NCBI GenBank assembly: GCA_043806835.1
Contig: JAZDGQ010000007.1
Location: forward strand, 2,831-66,830
DNA from: Pseudomonadota bacterium
Lineage (GTDB): Bacteria > Pseudomonadota > Alphaproteobacteria > Micavibrionales > UBA2020
Reading direction: 5' to 3'
DNA length: 64,000 bases
Position numbers and translations under genes: made by a program
Shown: in pieces, positions 26,555-36,417 of the stretch
Layout of the letters: each line of letters begins with the position of its first letter
How positions within the stretch are numbered: position 1 is the first letter of the stretch
Notes under the pieces: generated by a model
Seen by the model: only the letters and a program-made list of their open reading frames with translations
Told to the model about the DNA's origin: nothing
The model's database searches: none

Positions 26555-28639
26555 ATGACGATCGCCCTGGATGCGGCCATATCGGGCCTGAGAGTGGCCC
26601 AGCAAGCGCTGGATGTGGTGTCGTCGAATATTTCCAATGCCTCCACGCCGGGATATACACGGAAAATTTTGCCGCAGGAGAACCTTGTCATCAACGGGGT
26701 CAGCGTGGGCGCACGGACCAACGCCGTCACCCGCAGCGTGGACGCAGCCCTCATCGCCGACCTGAACCGCCAGGTCAGCGTCGCCGGAGGTTATGATGTC
26801 CGCCGGAAATACCTTGACCGGATTCAGACCTTTCACGGGTCTTCGGATTCCGGACAGGCTCTTTCGGCCTGCATCACCGCCCTCTCCAACACCTTCGCGC
26901 AGCTCTCCCTTTCGCCGGATGATCAGAACCTTCTGAGCCGGGTCGTTTCCGCGGCCACACAGACCACGCAAAAAATCAACGACTTCTCGAATCTGCTGAC
27001 GGATCTGCGCATCCAGTCGGAAACCGAAATCATGGCCGCCGTCGCCGACGTCAACCAGTCCCTGGACATCATTGCCCGTCTGAACGTGGAAATCCAGAGG
27101 AATTCCGGCTCCGGGCGGAGCACCGCGGAGCTAGAAGACCAGCGCGACGAAGCCGTCAAAACGGTGGCCAAATACCTGCAGATATCGACGTTTTCGCAAG
27201 ACAATCAAATCATCGTCATCACGAAACAGGGGCGAACCCTGGCCGACAACACGGCCTACCACCTCTATTTTCAGTCCAGCACAATGCTGCCCTCCAGCTA
27301 CTACCCCGGCGGGGGACTGACGGGACTGACGGTTGACGGCCCCGCCGGCGAGAACATCACCCAGTCGAACCTGGGCGGGCAACTGGGCGCCCTGTTTGAC
27401 CTGCGGGATACGACCCTGCCCCAGTATACGGCGCAACTGGATGAATTTTCGCAGAAACTCGCCGAACGCTTCCAGAACGAGGGATTGAAGCTTTTCACCG
27501 ACCTGAGCGGCAACGTGCCCGCCAGCGTCCCCGACCCCGGGATCGTCGGATATGTCGGATTCTCCGCCCTGATAAAGGTCAACGACGCCATCGTTGCCGA
27601 TCCGACCCTGATTCGCAACGGCACCACCGGCAACACAGAGCCTGCGGGATCGAACGAGGTCATCCGCCGGGTCGCCCAGTTCGCCTTCGGCTCCTGCCAG
27701 TACCAGCAGGCCGCCGGCACTGTGGACATATCCGCCGGAGCCCTCACCGCCCTCCTCGGCCTGACGACCAACAACCGCGTCACCGGCACGACCAATCTTG
27801 CCGCCTACAGTCCGGACATCAGCACTCTTCCGGGAGCGGCGTTCCCTGGCGATTTCGACATCACCCTCGGGACACTCCCGACCCAGACCATCACCGTCCT
27901 GGCGACGGACACGGCTGCCACGCTCGTCGCCAAAATCAATGCCGCCTTCGGATTCACCACCGCCAGCGTCAACGGGCTGGGTCAGGTGGCCTTCAATTAC
28001 GGGGGAGACATCACCCTCGCCGACAACACCATCGGCGCGCCCACCATGACCGCCCTCGGCTTCAGTTTCGGCGCCACCCCGCAGCCCGAACCCTCCTTTC
28101 AGGTTCAGGTCGGCACCAGGCCGCCCGTCACAGTATCGATTGCCCCGGCGGGCACCGCCGTCGAGCTTCTGGCGGCGCTCAATGCCATTCCGGGTCTGAC
28201 GGCCTCCCTCAACGCCCTCGGACAGCTCGTGATGATCCCGACGGACGGCGGCGATCTCAAGGCCACGGACGCATCCGGAACCCCCCTTTCCGCGATGGGC
28301 GTAAGCTTTTCAAACGTCGCCCCGACGGCCTTCCGGCAAAACAACTTAGGTCCTGACGGCTCCCTCTCGACGGGGCTTCTGGCCAACAGCACGCTGGGCG
28401 ATTACATCAGCGGGCTCATCGCCACCCAGAGCGAGGACGCCAGCCTCAACCAGAACAACCAGAACCTGGAAAATTCCTATCTGCAGACGCTTGAAACCCG
28501 CAATGCGAACATATCCGGAGTCAACATCGACCAGGAAATGTCAGATCTCATCAGGATTCAGTCGGCCTATGCGGCAGCCGCCAAGATGATCTCGGCGACG
28601 CAGAAGCTTTTTGACGACCTGCTGAACGCGTTTCGATAA
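26555..28639 (+). CDS. flgK: flagellar hook-associated protein 1 FlgK
   Basis: ATG 26555 with AGGA SD. N-terminus MTIALDAAISGLRVAQQALDVVSSNISNASTPGYTRK. C-terminus GVNIDQEMSDLIRIQSAYAAAAKMISATQKLFDDLLNAF. Confidence 0.9.
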   Translation: MTIALDAAISGLRVAQQALDVVSSNISNASTPGYTRKILPQENLVINGVSVGARTNAVTRSVDAALIADLNRQVSVAGGYDVRRKYLDRIQTFHGSSDSGQALSACITALSNTFAQLSLSPDDQNLLSRVVSAATQTTQKINDFSNLLTDLRIQSETEIMAAVADVNQSLDIIARLNVEIQRNSGSGRSTAELEDQRDEAVKTVAKYLQISTFSQDNQIIVITKQGRTLADNTAYHLYFQSSTMLPSSYYPGGGLTGLTVDGPAGENITQSNLGGQLGALFDLRDTTLPQYTAQLDEFSQKLAERFQNEGLKLFTDLSGNVPASVPDPGIVGYVGFSALIKVNDAIVADPTLIRNGTTGNTEPAGSNEVIRRVAQFAFGSCQYQQAAGTVDISAGALTALLGLTTNNRVTGTTNLAAYSPDISTLPGAAFPGDFDITLGTLPTQTITVLATDTAATLVAKINAAFGFTTASVNGLGQVAFNYGGDITLADNTIGAPTMTALGFSFGATPQPEPSFQVQVGTRPPVTVSIAPAGTAVELLAALNAIPGLTASLNALGQLVMIPTDGGDLKATDASGTPLSAMGVSFSNVAPTAFRQNNLGPDGSLSTGLLANSTLGDYISGLIATQSEDASLNQNNQNLENSYLQTLETRNANISGVNIDQEMSDLIRIQSAYAAAAKMISATQKLFDDLLNAFR

Positions 28640-28662
28640 ATGAACAACGCAGGAGCAATACC

Positions 28663-29679
28663 ATGACCATCAGCGCCAACGTATCCTTCTTCGCCCAGTC
28701 AATGTCCCAGGCGAACCGCCTGAATGACCTGCGCGCCACGATGGACGACCTGCAGCGTCAAGTCACCACCCAGAAAAAATACGAAACCTTCAGCGGCTTC
28801 GGAACCGACTCCTTCTCCCTGCAGCGCCTGAAAAGCTCGCAGCCCCTGTTGCGGAGCTATATCGACAACATCGACAAGGTCTCGACCCGCATGGAGCTGA
28901 TGAACACGGCCATGACGAAAATCTCCGAACTGGGAAACCAGCTCGTCACCGCCATCCACGTTCAGAGCCAGAGCGGGCAGGACGGCATAGAGACCATCAA
29001 CCAGCTGGCGCGGCAAAGTCTGCAATTCGTCGAAGATCTGATAAACCAGACCCTGGACGGGCATTGCCTGTTCGCCGGATCGGACGTGACGAGCCCGCCC
29101 TTCATCGGCGACACCGTCCTCAATTCCAATTTCAAAACCCAGGTGGACGTCTGGCTGGCCGGGGGACAGACCAATGCCCAGCTGATCGCCGTGACCGATG
29201 GATTCACCTCCGGCAACCTCGGGCTGGCGCCGGGGCTGGCGACCTCCGGCAACATAACGGCCCACATCGACCAGAATATGGACATCGACTACACCATCCG
29301 GGCCGATGAGGACGGGTTCAAGGATATTCTCCGCGCCCTCGCCTTCGCCGCCAATCTCCGGTACCCGGACCCTGCGACGGACGTCGCGACCCCCGCGCAG
29401 TTCGACGATATTCTCAACAACATTCTCTCCGTCGTCACAAACGGCGTGCAGGAAATGAACAGAACCGCCCAGCAGCTGGCCAGCAAATTCGACCTGCTCA
29501 AAAGCATCAGGGAGAACCACGTCAGCGATCTGGGCATGGTCACAACGCAGATCGACAAGATGGAGAACGTCGACACGACAACCGCCCTCGTCTCCCTGCA
29601 GACGATGCAAACGCAGCTCACCGCATCCTATCAAATTACGAAGATCGTCAGCGAGCTTTCGCTGGTCAATTTCATGTAG
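28663..29679 (+). CDS. flgL: flagellar hook-associated protein 3 FlgL (hook-filament junction)
   Basis: AGGAG SD. Flagellin-like N-terminus (LNDLRATMDDLQRQVTTQKKY) and C-terminus (ALVSLQTMQTQLTASYQITKIVSELSLVNFM). Lies directly after flgK. Confidence 0.75.
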   Translation: MTISANVSFFAQSMSQANRLNDLRATMDDLQRQVTTQKKYETFSGFGTDSFSLQRLKSSQPLLRSYIDNIDKVSTRMELMNTAMTKISELGNQLVTAIHVQSQSGQDGIETINQLARQSLQFVEDLINQTLDGHCLFAGSDVTSPPFIGDTVLNSNFKTQVDVWLAGGQTNAQLIAVTDGFTSGNLGLAPGLATSGNITAHIDQNMDIDYTIRADEDGFKDILRALAFAANLRYPDPATDVATPAQFDDILNNILSVVTNGVQEMNRTAQQLASKFDLLKSIRENHVSDLGMVTTQIDKMENVDTTTALVSLQTMQTQLTASYQITKIVSELSLVNFM

Positions 29680-29728
29680 GGGCGAAAACTCAGGCCGCTT
29701 CAGGGAACCCCCGAGGCAGGGCTCTCTC

Positions 29729-30286
29729 TCAGCGATCCATCGCGAGGCGGGAGAGTTTCTCGATTTCCTTCTGCACCATCTTTTCGATGATGACGGGCAG
29801 GTTCCGGTCGATCCAGATTTTGATCATCGGCCTCATCAGTTCACGGGTCATCTCTTCAAGGGTCACCTTTCCCACATGCCCCGCCTCCTCGACGGCGATA
29901 TTCCCTTCCAGAAGTTTCGAGAGCGTTTCAGCCGCAGCCTCCGCCGTTTGCGCGGATATCAGATCGTCTTTTTCATCTGCCACGGGTTTTTCTATCATTT
30001 CTATCTTCGCGGGCGGCGGCGGTTTCACAGGCTGCTTCGGTTCAACCTTGTCAACCAGATCCAGAATCTCCACATCCACCGCCGGTACAGGTGCAGGCCT
30101 TGGAACAGGCTTTTGAACCGCAACCGGAGGAGGTGGAGGTGGAGGTGGTGGTGGTGGTGGTGGTGGTGCGGCTTGCATGACATCTGCAGGCTTTGCCCCG
30201 CTGTCAACATCCTCGGAAATAATCTGACGGATAGATTCCAGAATTTCCTCGATAGACGGCTCTTGCTCTGTCTTTGTGTCTGCCAT
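29729..30286 (-). CDS. popZ: PopZ-like pole-organising protein (DUF2497)
   Basis: MADTKTEQEPSIEEILESIRQIISED matches the Caulobacter PopZ N-terminus (…QEPTMEEILASIRRIISED). There is a proline-rich linker (14 consecutive Pro) and a conserved C-terminus LEEMTRELMRPMIKIWIDRNLPVIIEKMV. Confidence 0.75.
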   Translation of the reverse strand: MADTKTEQEPSIEEILESIRQIISEDVDSGAKPADVMQAAPPPPPPPPPPPPPPVAVQKPVPRPAPVPAVDVEILDLVDKVEPKQPVKPPPPAKIEMIEKPVADEKDDLISAQTAEAAAETLSKLLEGNIAVEEAGHVGKVTLEEMTRELMRPMIKIWIDRNLPVIIEKMVQKEIEKLSRLAMDR

Positions 30287-30685
30287 GGCCAAGTATTCAC
30301 TCGTTTCGTTAGAAAATCAGGATACCTGAGAGGCTAGGATATTGTAATTGAAAAAGCGAGTCAGTTTATTCGCCTGTCACAGGAATCTTCTTATATTCGT
30401 ACAATGATATGGACAATGAAAAAACGGCATGCTCCCATCGGAAAAGTTAAAATCAAGCTCTGGAAGAAGCGCCGGAGGAAGTTGGGTCACACAATATTCT
30501 CAACAGGTTCTTCCCCTCCACCTCAAGCTGGGATAAGGATTCCCCTCAAGACCCGATCTGACAGCGCGGGGGGGTGGACTGTCCGATCCAGCTTGCCTTT
30601 CCGCAATATTATCACAACGCAAGGCCGCAGAATCAGATGTGATTAACTATTAGACTTTGCTTTTTTTTTCGTGTATCAACACCAT

Positions 30686-31843
30686 ATGCCTTTGATAACA
30701 ACCGCAAAAGATCTGAAATCCCTGTGCACCCGCCTGAAAAAGGCGGAGTTTATCACCGTGGATACGGAATTCATCCGCGAGCGCACCTACTGGGCGCGAC
30801 TGTGCCTGATACAGGTGGCGGGGCCGGACGACGCCTTCGCCATCGACCCTCTGGCGGAAGGGATGGATCTCTCCCCCCTCTACGAACTCTTTCAGAACAA
30901 GAAAGTCCTGAAGGTTTTTCACGCCTGCCGCCAGGACCTGGAGATTTTCTTCAAGGAAACGGGCGGCGACCTGCCGACGCCCCTCTTCGACACCCAGATC
31001 GCGGCGATGGTCTGCGGCTTCGGGGAACAGGTCAGCTACGAAGTCCTCGTCAACGCGCTCCTGAAAAAGCAACTGGACAAATCAAGCCGGTTCACGGACT
31101 GGGCGCAACGCCCCCTCACCTCCAAGCAGCTGAAATACGCGCTGGCCGACGTCACGCATCTTCGCGTCATTTACGAGAAGCTGAACGCGAAGATCGAGGC
31201 GCAGAAACGCTCCCCGTGGATCAAGGACGAATTCAAAAAGCTGCTCGACGGCGAAAATTACGTTTCCCGCCCGGAAGAAGCGTGGGAGCGCATCAAGGTT
31301 CCGACCCACAAGCCGCGCGCGCTCGGCGTGCTCAGGGAAATCGCGATGTGGCGCGAACTGACCGCGCAAAGAGCCGACGTGCCGCGCGGGCGCATCCTGA
31401 AGGACGAGGCGCTGGCAGAGCTCGCCATGCACGCCCCTCCCACCAAGGAAGCCCTCGGAAAAATGCGGAACATGCAGCACGGCTTCGCCGAGAGCGAAAA
31501 AGGCGGACAGCTTCTGGAAGCCATCCGGCGCGGCCTCGAACTCCCCGAAAAAGACCTGCCGAAGCGCGACCCGCGCCCGAACTTCCCGCCTGGTCTCGCC
31601 CCCACCATCGACCTGCTGCGCGTATTGCTGAAGCTGAAGTGCGAGGAGGGACAGGTGGCCAGCAAACTCCTCGCGAAGGCGGAGGACATCGAACTCATTG
31701 CCGCCTACGGTGACAAAGCCGAGGTTCCCGCCATGTCCGGCTGGCGGTTCAAGCTCTTCGGCAGGGAGGCTCTGGAGCTGCGCGAAGGCAAACTGGCGCT
31801 GGCCATCGAGGAAAACCGGCTGAAACTGGTCAAGGCTCCCTGA
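30686..31843 (+). CDS. rnd: ribonuclease D
   Basis: MPLITTAKDL...FITVDTEFIRERTYWARLCLIQV (DEDD exonuclease motif I) and YALADVTHL. An alternative GTG start at 30671 is possible. Confidence 0.85.
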   Translation: MPLITTAKDLKSLCTRLKKAEFITVDTEFIRERTYWARLCLIQVAGPDDAFAIDPLAEGMDLSPLYELFQNKKVLKVFHACRQDLEIFFKETGGDLPTPLFDTQIAAMVCGFGEQVSYEVLVNALLKKQLDKSSRFTDWAQRPLTSKQLKYALADVTHLRVIYEKLNAKIEAQKRSPWIKDEFKKLLDGENYVSRPEEAWERIKVPTHKPRALGVLREIAMWRELTAQRADVPRGRILKDEALAELAMHAPPTKEALGKMRNMQHGFAESEKGGQLLEAIRRGLELPEKDLPKRDPRPNFPPGLAPTIDLLRVLLKLKCEEGQVASKLLAKAEDIELIAAYGDKAEVPAMSGWRFKLFGREALELREGKLALAIEENRLKLVKAP

Positions 31844-31865
31844 AAAACCCGCGCAGAAATGACGA

Positions 31866-32573
31866 CTACCCCGTAAAACTCAGCAACCCCAGCGATTTGA
31901 AGCTGATATGGCCGTTTTGAGAAATAATCAGGTGATCGTGGACGAGGATGTCCAGCGCAGCGGCGGCCTTGATGACTTCCTCCGTCATGGCGATATCGGA
32001 ATCGCTGGGATTGGGATCGCCGCTCGGATGGTTGTGGACGAGGATCATCGCCGTCGCCCCCAGTTCCAGCGCGCGCCTGACGATTTCACGGGGATAGACG
32101 GGCGTATGATCGACGGTGCCCATCTGCTGCACTTCATCGGCCATCAGCTGGTTTTTGCGGTTGAGAAACAGGACGCGGAAATGCTCGCGCTTTTCGTGCG
32201 CCATGGAGACATGACAATAATCAATCAGCTTCTGCCATGAACTCAGCATCGGCTTTTTCTCGATGTCATTCCGAAGCATCCGGCGGGTGAGCGCATGCAC
32301 CGTCTTTAAAACCACCGCCGAATTTTCGCTCAGGCCATTCACTTTCTTCAGATCGGCCAGGCTTGCGCCCATCACGCCGGAGAGGCCGCCAAACTCTTTC
32401 AGCAATTGCTTGGCCAAAGGCTTGACGTCGCGGCGAGGAACGGCGGCGAACAAAAACATTTCCAGCAGTTCATAGTCCTGGAACCCGTCAGCGCCGGATT
32501 TCAGAAAACGCTGCCGCAGCCGGTCGCGGTGGCCGGAATGGGGAAGCTCTGGTTTTGCGGAAGTTTCAGGCAT
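31866..32573 (-). CDS. radC: RadC-family JAB-domain protein
   Basis: GHRDRLRQRF...ELLEMFLF N-terminus and JAMM motif ILVHNHPSGDPNPSDSD. Confidence 0.85.
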   Translation of the reverse strand: MPETSAKPELPHSGHRDRLRQRFLKSGADGFQDYELLEMFLFAAVPRRDVKPLAKQLLKEFGGLSGVMGASLADLKKVNGLSENSAVVLKTVHALTRRMLRNDIEKKPMLSSWQKLIDYCHVSMAHEKREHFRVLFLNRKNQLMADEVQQMGTVDHTPVYPREIVRRALELGATAMILVHNHPSGDPNPSDSDIAMTEEVIKAAAALDILVHDHLIISQNGHISFKSLGLLSFTG

Positions 32574-33390
32574 AGGGCGGCTTCATGTACCCGTTGGGCG
32601 AGAGGGTGAAAATCTCAAACCCGGTTTCGGTCACGGCCAGCGTGTGCTCGAACTGCGCGGACAGGGACCGGTCTTTCGTCACCGCCGTCCAGCCGTCGTT
32701 CAGAACCCTGGTCTCCCAGCCGCCGGCGTTAATCATCGGCTCGATCGTGAAAAACATCCCCTTTTGCAGGGGCATTCCCTCCCCGGCCTTGCCGAAGTGC
32801 AGGACGGAGGGGGGGCAATGAAACGTCCTGCCGAGGCCGTGGCCGCAGAAATCGCGCACGACGGAAAATCTTTTGCTCTCGGCGTAGCTCTGGATGGCGT
32901 GGCCGACATCGCCCAGCGTCGCGCCCGGCTTCACCGCCCGGATGCCCTGCATCGTCGCTTCATAGGTGGCGTCCACCAGCAATCTGGCCTTGGCCGGGAT
33001 TTTCTCTCCCGCGTAATACATGCGGCTGGTGTCGCCATGCCATCCTTCCAGAATGGCCGTCACGTCGATATTGACGATGTCCCCCTCTTCCAGTTTCCTG
33101 TCGCACGGGATGCCGTGGCAGACGACGTGGTTGATCGAGGTGCAGATAGACTTCGGAAAGCCCCTGTAATCGAGAGGCGCCGGAATGGCGTTATGGTCGA
33201 GGATGAAGTCATGGCAGAGCTTGTCGAGGCGCTCCGTCGTCACGCCCACCTGCACATGCGGCGTGATGAAGTCGAGCACTTCCGCGGCAAGCCTTCCCGC
33301 CTTCCGCATCCCGTCGAAATCCTCCGCGCCGTGAAGGATGATTTCTCCTTCATCATCGGATTTATATGTTAAACTTTTGTCCCCGTTCAT
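32566..33390 (-). CDS. map: type I methionine aminopeptidase
   Basis: ATG 33390 (MNGDK...). Motifs VCHGIP, GDIVNIDVT, HGDTS, FCGHGLG, FTIEPM and QFEHT. Confidence 0.9.
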   Translation of the reverse strand: MNGDKSLTYKSDDEGEIILHGAEDFDGMRKAGRLAAEVLDFITPHVQVGVTTERLDKLCHDFILDHNAIPAPLDYRGFPKSICTSINHVVCHGIPCDRKLEEGDIVNIDVTAILEGWHGDTSRMYYAGEKIPAKARLLVDATYEATMQGIRAVKPGATLGDVGHAIQSYAESKRFSVVRDFCGHGLGRTFHCPPSVLHFGKAGEGMPLQKGMFFTIEPMINAGGWETRVLNDGWTAVTKDRSLSAQFEHTLAVTETGFEIFTLSPNGYMKPPYA

Positions 33391-33469
33391 CAAATATCCC
33401 TTAGAGTCAAACTGAAGCGAAACCCTGCGAAAAACAAGCGAAAACTGCACACCCTGCGCGAAATGACAA

Positions 33470-34438
33470 TCAGGGTTTTTTCCGCAAACCGCTAAACTCC
33501 TCCGAGGAGAAAAGATCCCCGTTGCCCGCCATGAATTCCTCCACCGTATCCGCCGGCGCCAGTCGTGACAGATAAGGCTCGAGCGTCGAGGGATAGAGAG
33601 GCTGCTGGCTGAAATTTTTGGCGCTGATAAGGCTGAGCGCGAAGACCCCGCCCATCACGCCCGCCGCGAAAAACCCCGCCGAAACCAGCCGCCGCCGTTC
33701 GGTCATCAGCGTGGCCAGCGTCAGGCTGCCGTAAAGCAGGAAGGCCAGCAGGATGAAATTGATTCCATAGGTCGTCAGAAGGGCGACCCAGTTTTCATTG
33801 GTCAGGAAATCGACATACGATTCCACATACCAGGCAAGCGTTCCCGCAATCGTGTACAGACATACCATGGCCGCATGGCTCCTGAAATACGCCTTATGCC
33901 TGGTCAGACGTCCGGCGACCGACCATATCGCCGACCAGAGAACGATGACGCCGACGGTTCCGGCACCGGCACCCGCCAGAGCCAGTCCGATATCCTCCGT
34001 CCAGACTTCCAGATACGCCCAGCCAAGTGCAAGCGCCAGAGCCAGAAGAAAACTCGCCCAGACGTTGGGCGCGCGCGACAGCCACAAAAAAACAGAATTT
34101 GTCTTCTGCAGCCGGATCGTGGCGGAAACAGGATGCTCCGGAGCGTAAACGCGCACTTCCGTCTGGCCGAGGCAGAGCGTGTCTCCCGACCGGAGAGGCG
34201 CGCGCTGGCCGTGCTGCAACATTCCGTTGACGATGAAACCGTTTTCGCTGCCCAGATCATGGACGAAAAAACACCCGCTGTCGCATTCGATCCGGAGTTC
34301 CTGCGGGCTGACGTGTGGGTCGTTCAGGATCACGTCGTTGCAGAATCCGCGTCCGACTGTGAAAGGAAATTTTTCGACAACGCGGTAAGACACATGCCCG
34401 TCGTTGGCCTGTGCCCGGATTTCAAGGATGAGCTTCAA
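33470..34438 (-). CDS. FHA-domain protein with C-terminal polytopic membrane region
   Basis: FHA signature FTVGRG...NDVILNDPHVSPQELRI...HDLGSENGFIVNG, then ~6 TM helices. The likely start is TTG 34438, 8 nt after GGGAAGGAGGAA (the ORF-track GTG is at 34468). Overlaps the upstream protease gene. Confidence 0.7.
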   Translation of the reverse strand: MKLILEIRAQANDGHVSYRVVEKFPFTVGRGFCNDVILNDPHVSPQELRIECDSGCFFVHDLGSENGFIVNGMLQHGQRAPLRSGDTLCLGQTEVRVYAPEHPVSATIRLQKTNSVFLWLSRAPNVWASFLLALALALGWAYLEVWTEDIGLALAGAGAGTVGVIVLWSAIWSVAGRLTRHKAYFRSHAAMVCLYTIAGTLAWYVESYVDFLTNENWVALLTTYGINFILLAFLLYGSLTLATLMTERRRLVSAGFFAAGVMGGVFALSLISAKNFSQQPLYPSTLEPYLSRLAPADTVEEFMAGNGDLFSSEEFSGLRKKP

Positions 34439-35768
34439 GGGCGGTTCCTCCTTCCCTGCCTGCGGCACCGGCCGGACGCGGCCTGATCTCGCTCATGAAT
34501 TTTCGCGCCAGAGCCAGCGCGTTCTGTTTCGAAACCCCCTGCGCCGTCAGGGTCGCGATGAACCCCTTTTTGCCCGCGCCCACCATCGCCATATGCAGAT
34601 TCATGTCGAAAATCTTCGGATATTTTTTATACTGGCGGACGCAGAAGCTGGATTTCCATCGGAAACCCGCGATATCGACGAAGCGGCTGTTGCAGTCGAA
34701 ATTTGTGACGTTCCCTTCCTTGGCGTTTTGAAAATCCCCGAGGAAGTATCCGAACAATCCCTGATAAAAATTGTAAAAACGCACCGGATTGAGAGTCTCC
34801 TTGCCCACCGTATAGTCATAGCGGTAGAGGAGAACGCCCGTCTCAAAATCGTTGTCGAGATACATACGATCCTGACTGGAGCATGTGGAGAAAAAATACT
34901 GATAGGGGTCTTTCTCCTTGTGATTGATGCCTCCCCAGCATTTCAGCACATCATGGATGCGCCCCGGCGCCGTCACGGGGCCGAAGGGCACGCTCTCCCA
35001 TTTTTTCTTCAGCAGGGCGCTGATATTGCGTTCCTGACCGGCCAGCAGCTGATCCTGAATATGGTCGTCTGCATGGTTGATAAAATCGTAGCCAGCGGGC
35101 TGCCGGAGATAGTCGGCCAGCAGCCGGCGCAGCGGCTCGACGGGAACGAGAAAGCTGATCTGGTTTCCGGCGGTGGCGACGTTGATTCCGGCGACGCTGC
35201 CGTCATGGCCGATGGCGGGCCCTCCGCTCATCCCCGGATTGAGCGCGCCGGAAAAATGTATCTTGTCGGTAAAGCTCTCTTTCGACAGGCCGCTGTAGGT
35301 GCCTTCGATGATGGTGAACCCGATGTCACGCGGATTGCCCAGCGCATATAGTCTGGCTCCCTTCTCCTGTTTCGACGTGCCGAGCGACAGCCATGTCCTG
35401 CCGGGACGATCCATCTTCACGATGGCCAGATCATGCACCACATCCGCCGTCAGGACTCTCAAGCTCCCTTCCCCGCCCTTGTCATGCAGGAACTCGATAC
35501 GGTTGCTCCCGGCGCGCTGAAGGGCTTCGGCGACGACGTGATAGTTGGTCGCGATCAGGCCGTCCTCCGTGAACTGAAACCCGGAGCCGATGCTGGTCTT
35601 TTTACCGGAGGTCAGATCGATGACCTGCACCTGATACACAGCATCGCCATAAGCCTGATAAAGCCGCTGCGCCTCGTCCGGCGCGGGGGCTTCCCCCGCC
35701 CCTGCCGGAAAAACGGCCAGTACTGCGGCCAGCATCATGCCCGCAAAAAATATAAAAAAGTGACGCAT
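34422..35768 (-). CDS. secreted trypsin-like (S1/S1C) serine peptidase with unrecognised ~220-aa C-terminal domain
   Basis: Signal peptide MRHFFIFFAGMMLAAVLAVFPAGAG. His box GLIATNYHVV, DLAIVK, and Ser box GALNPGMSGGPAI. No PDZ-like sequence recognised after the protease domain. Confidence 0.75.
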   Translation of the reverse strand: MRHFFIFFAGMMLAAVLAVFPAGAGEAPAPDEAQRLYQAYGDAVYQVQVIDLTSGKKTSIGSGFQFTEDGLIATNYHVVAEALQRAGSNRIEFLHDKGGEGSLRVLTADVVHDLAIVKMDRPGRTWLSLGTSKQEKGARLYALGNPRDIGFTIIEGTYSGLSKESFTDKIHFSGALNPGMSGGPAIGHDGSVAGINVATAGNQISFLVPVEPLRRLLADYLRQPAGYDFINHADDHIQDQLLAGQERNISALLKKKWESVPFGPVTAPGRIHDVLKCWGGINHKEKDPYQYFFSTCSSQDRMYLDNDFETGVLLYRYDYTVGKETLNPVRFYNFYQGLFGYFLGDFQNAKEGNVTNFDCNSRFVDIAGFRWKSSFCVRQYKKYPKIFDMNLHMAMVGAGKKGFIATLTAQGVSKQNALALARKFMSEIRPRPAGAAGREGGTALEAHP

Positions 35769-35865
35769 GGAACCCCTTCGCCGTTCATTCTCGGCGAGAA
35801 ACCCTGACAGGGCAAGAAAGAAAAATTATTTTGAAATTTAGTCGCCGGAATGACGGTGCCGGAAC

Positions 35866-36327
35866 CTACCCCGCCAGTTTTTCCTTCACCAGTCCGCCGG
35901 CTTTGGAGAAATCCATCTGGCCGGAGTATTTGGATTTGAGTTCGGCCATGACCCTGCCCATATCCTTGATGCCGGTCGCGCCGACAGCAACGATGGCCTG
36001 CTGAACGACAGACTTCATCTCGTCTTCCGAAAGCTGCTTGGGAAGATAGCCCTCTATGATCCTGATTTCGGCGGCTTCGCGCTCCGCCAACTCGGGGCGG
36101 CCGCCTTGCAGATATAACTTAATCGATTCCTGCCGCTGCTTGACCATCGATTGCAGCAGGGAGAGAATCTGCTCGTCCTTGATTCCCTCGCGGCTCTCGG
36201 CGGTGCGGGCGGCGATGTCCTTGTCCTTCACGGCGGAGATGATTAAACGTAATGTCGCCAAAACGACTTCGTCCTTCGCACGCATCGCGTCTTTCATGTT
36301 TTCGGTAAACTTCGCTCTTAATGACAT
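35866..36327 (-). CDS. GatB/YqeY-domain protein
   Basis: MSLRAKFTENMKDAMRAKD...LATLRLIISAVKDKDIA... Length 153 aa. Typical YqeY. Confidence 0.85.
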   Translation of the reverse strand: MSLRAKFTENMKDAMRAKDEVVLATLRLIISAVKDKDIAARTAESREGIKDEQILSLLQSMVKQRQESIKLYLQGGRPELAEREAAEIRIIEGYLPKQLSEDEMKSVVQQAIVAVGATGIKDMGRVMAELKSKYSGQMDFSKAGGLVKEKLAG

Positions 36328-36417
36328 TTTTCAGGTATCCCCTTTGTTTTTTATATGCTATTTCATGGAGGTCATCATACAGAGAAGCGTCGTAATTACA
36401 ATCCCCGAAGGATCGCA

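Noticed and set aside
30293-30685. The ~390-bp popZ-rnd intergenic region, with an 80-aa ORF (30404-30646) and a long-range pairing CAAGCTGGGAT (30525-30535) / ATCCAGCTTG (~30587-30596). It is a possible structured RNA.
   Set aside because: The ORF product is basic and low-complexity with no SD. I could not match the sequence to 6S, tmRNA, SRP or RNase P signatures. One 10-bp pairing alone is not evidence for an ncRNA. An Rfam scan is still worthwhile.
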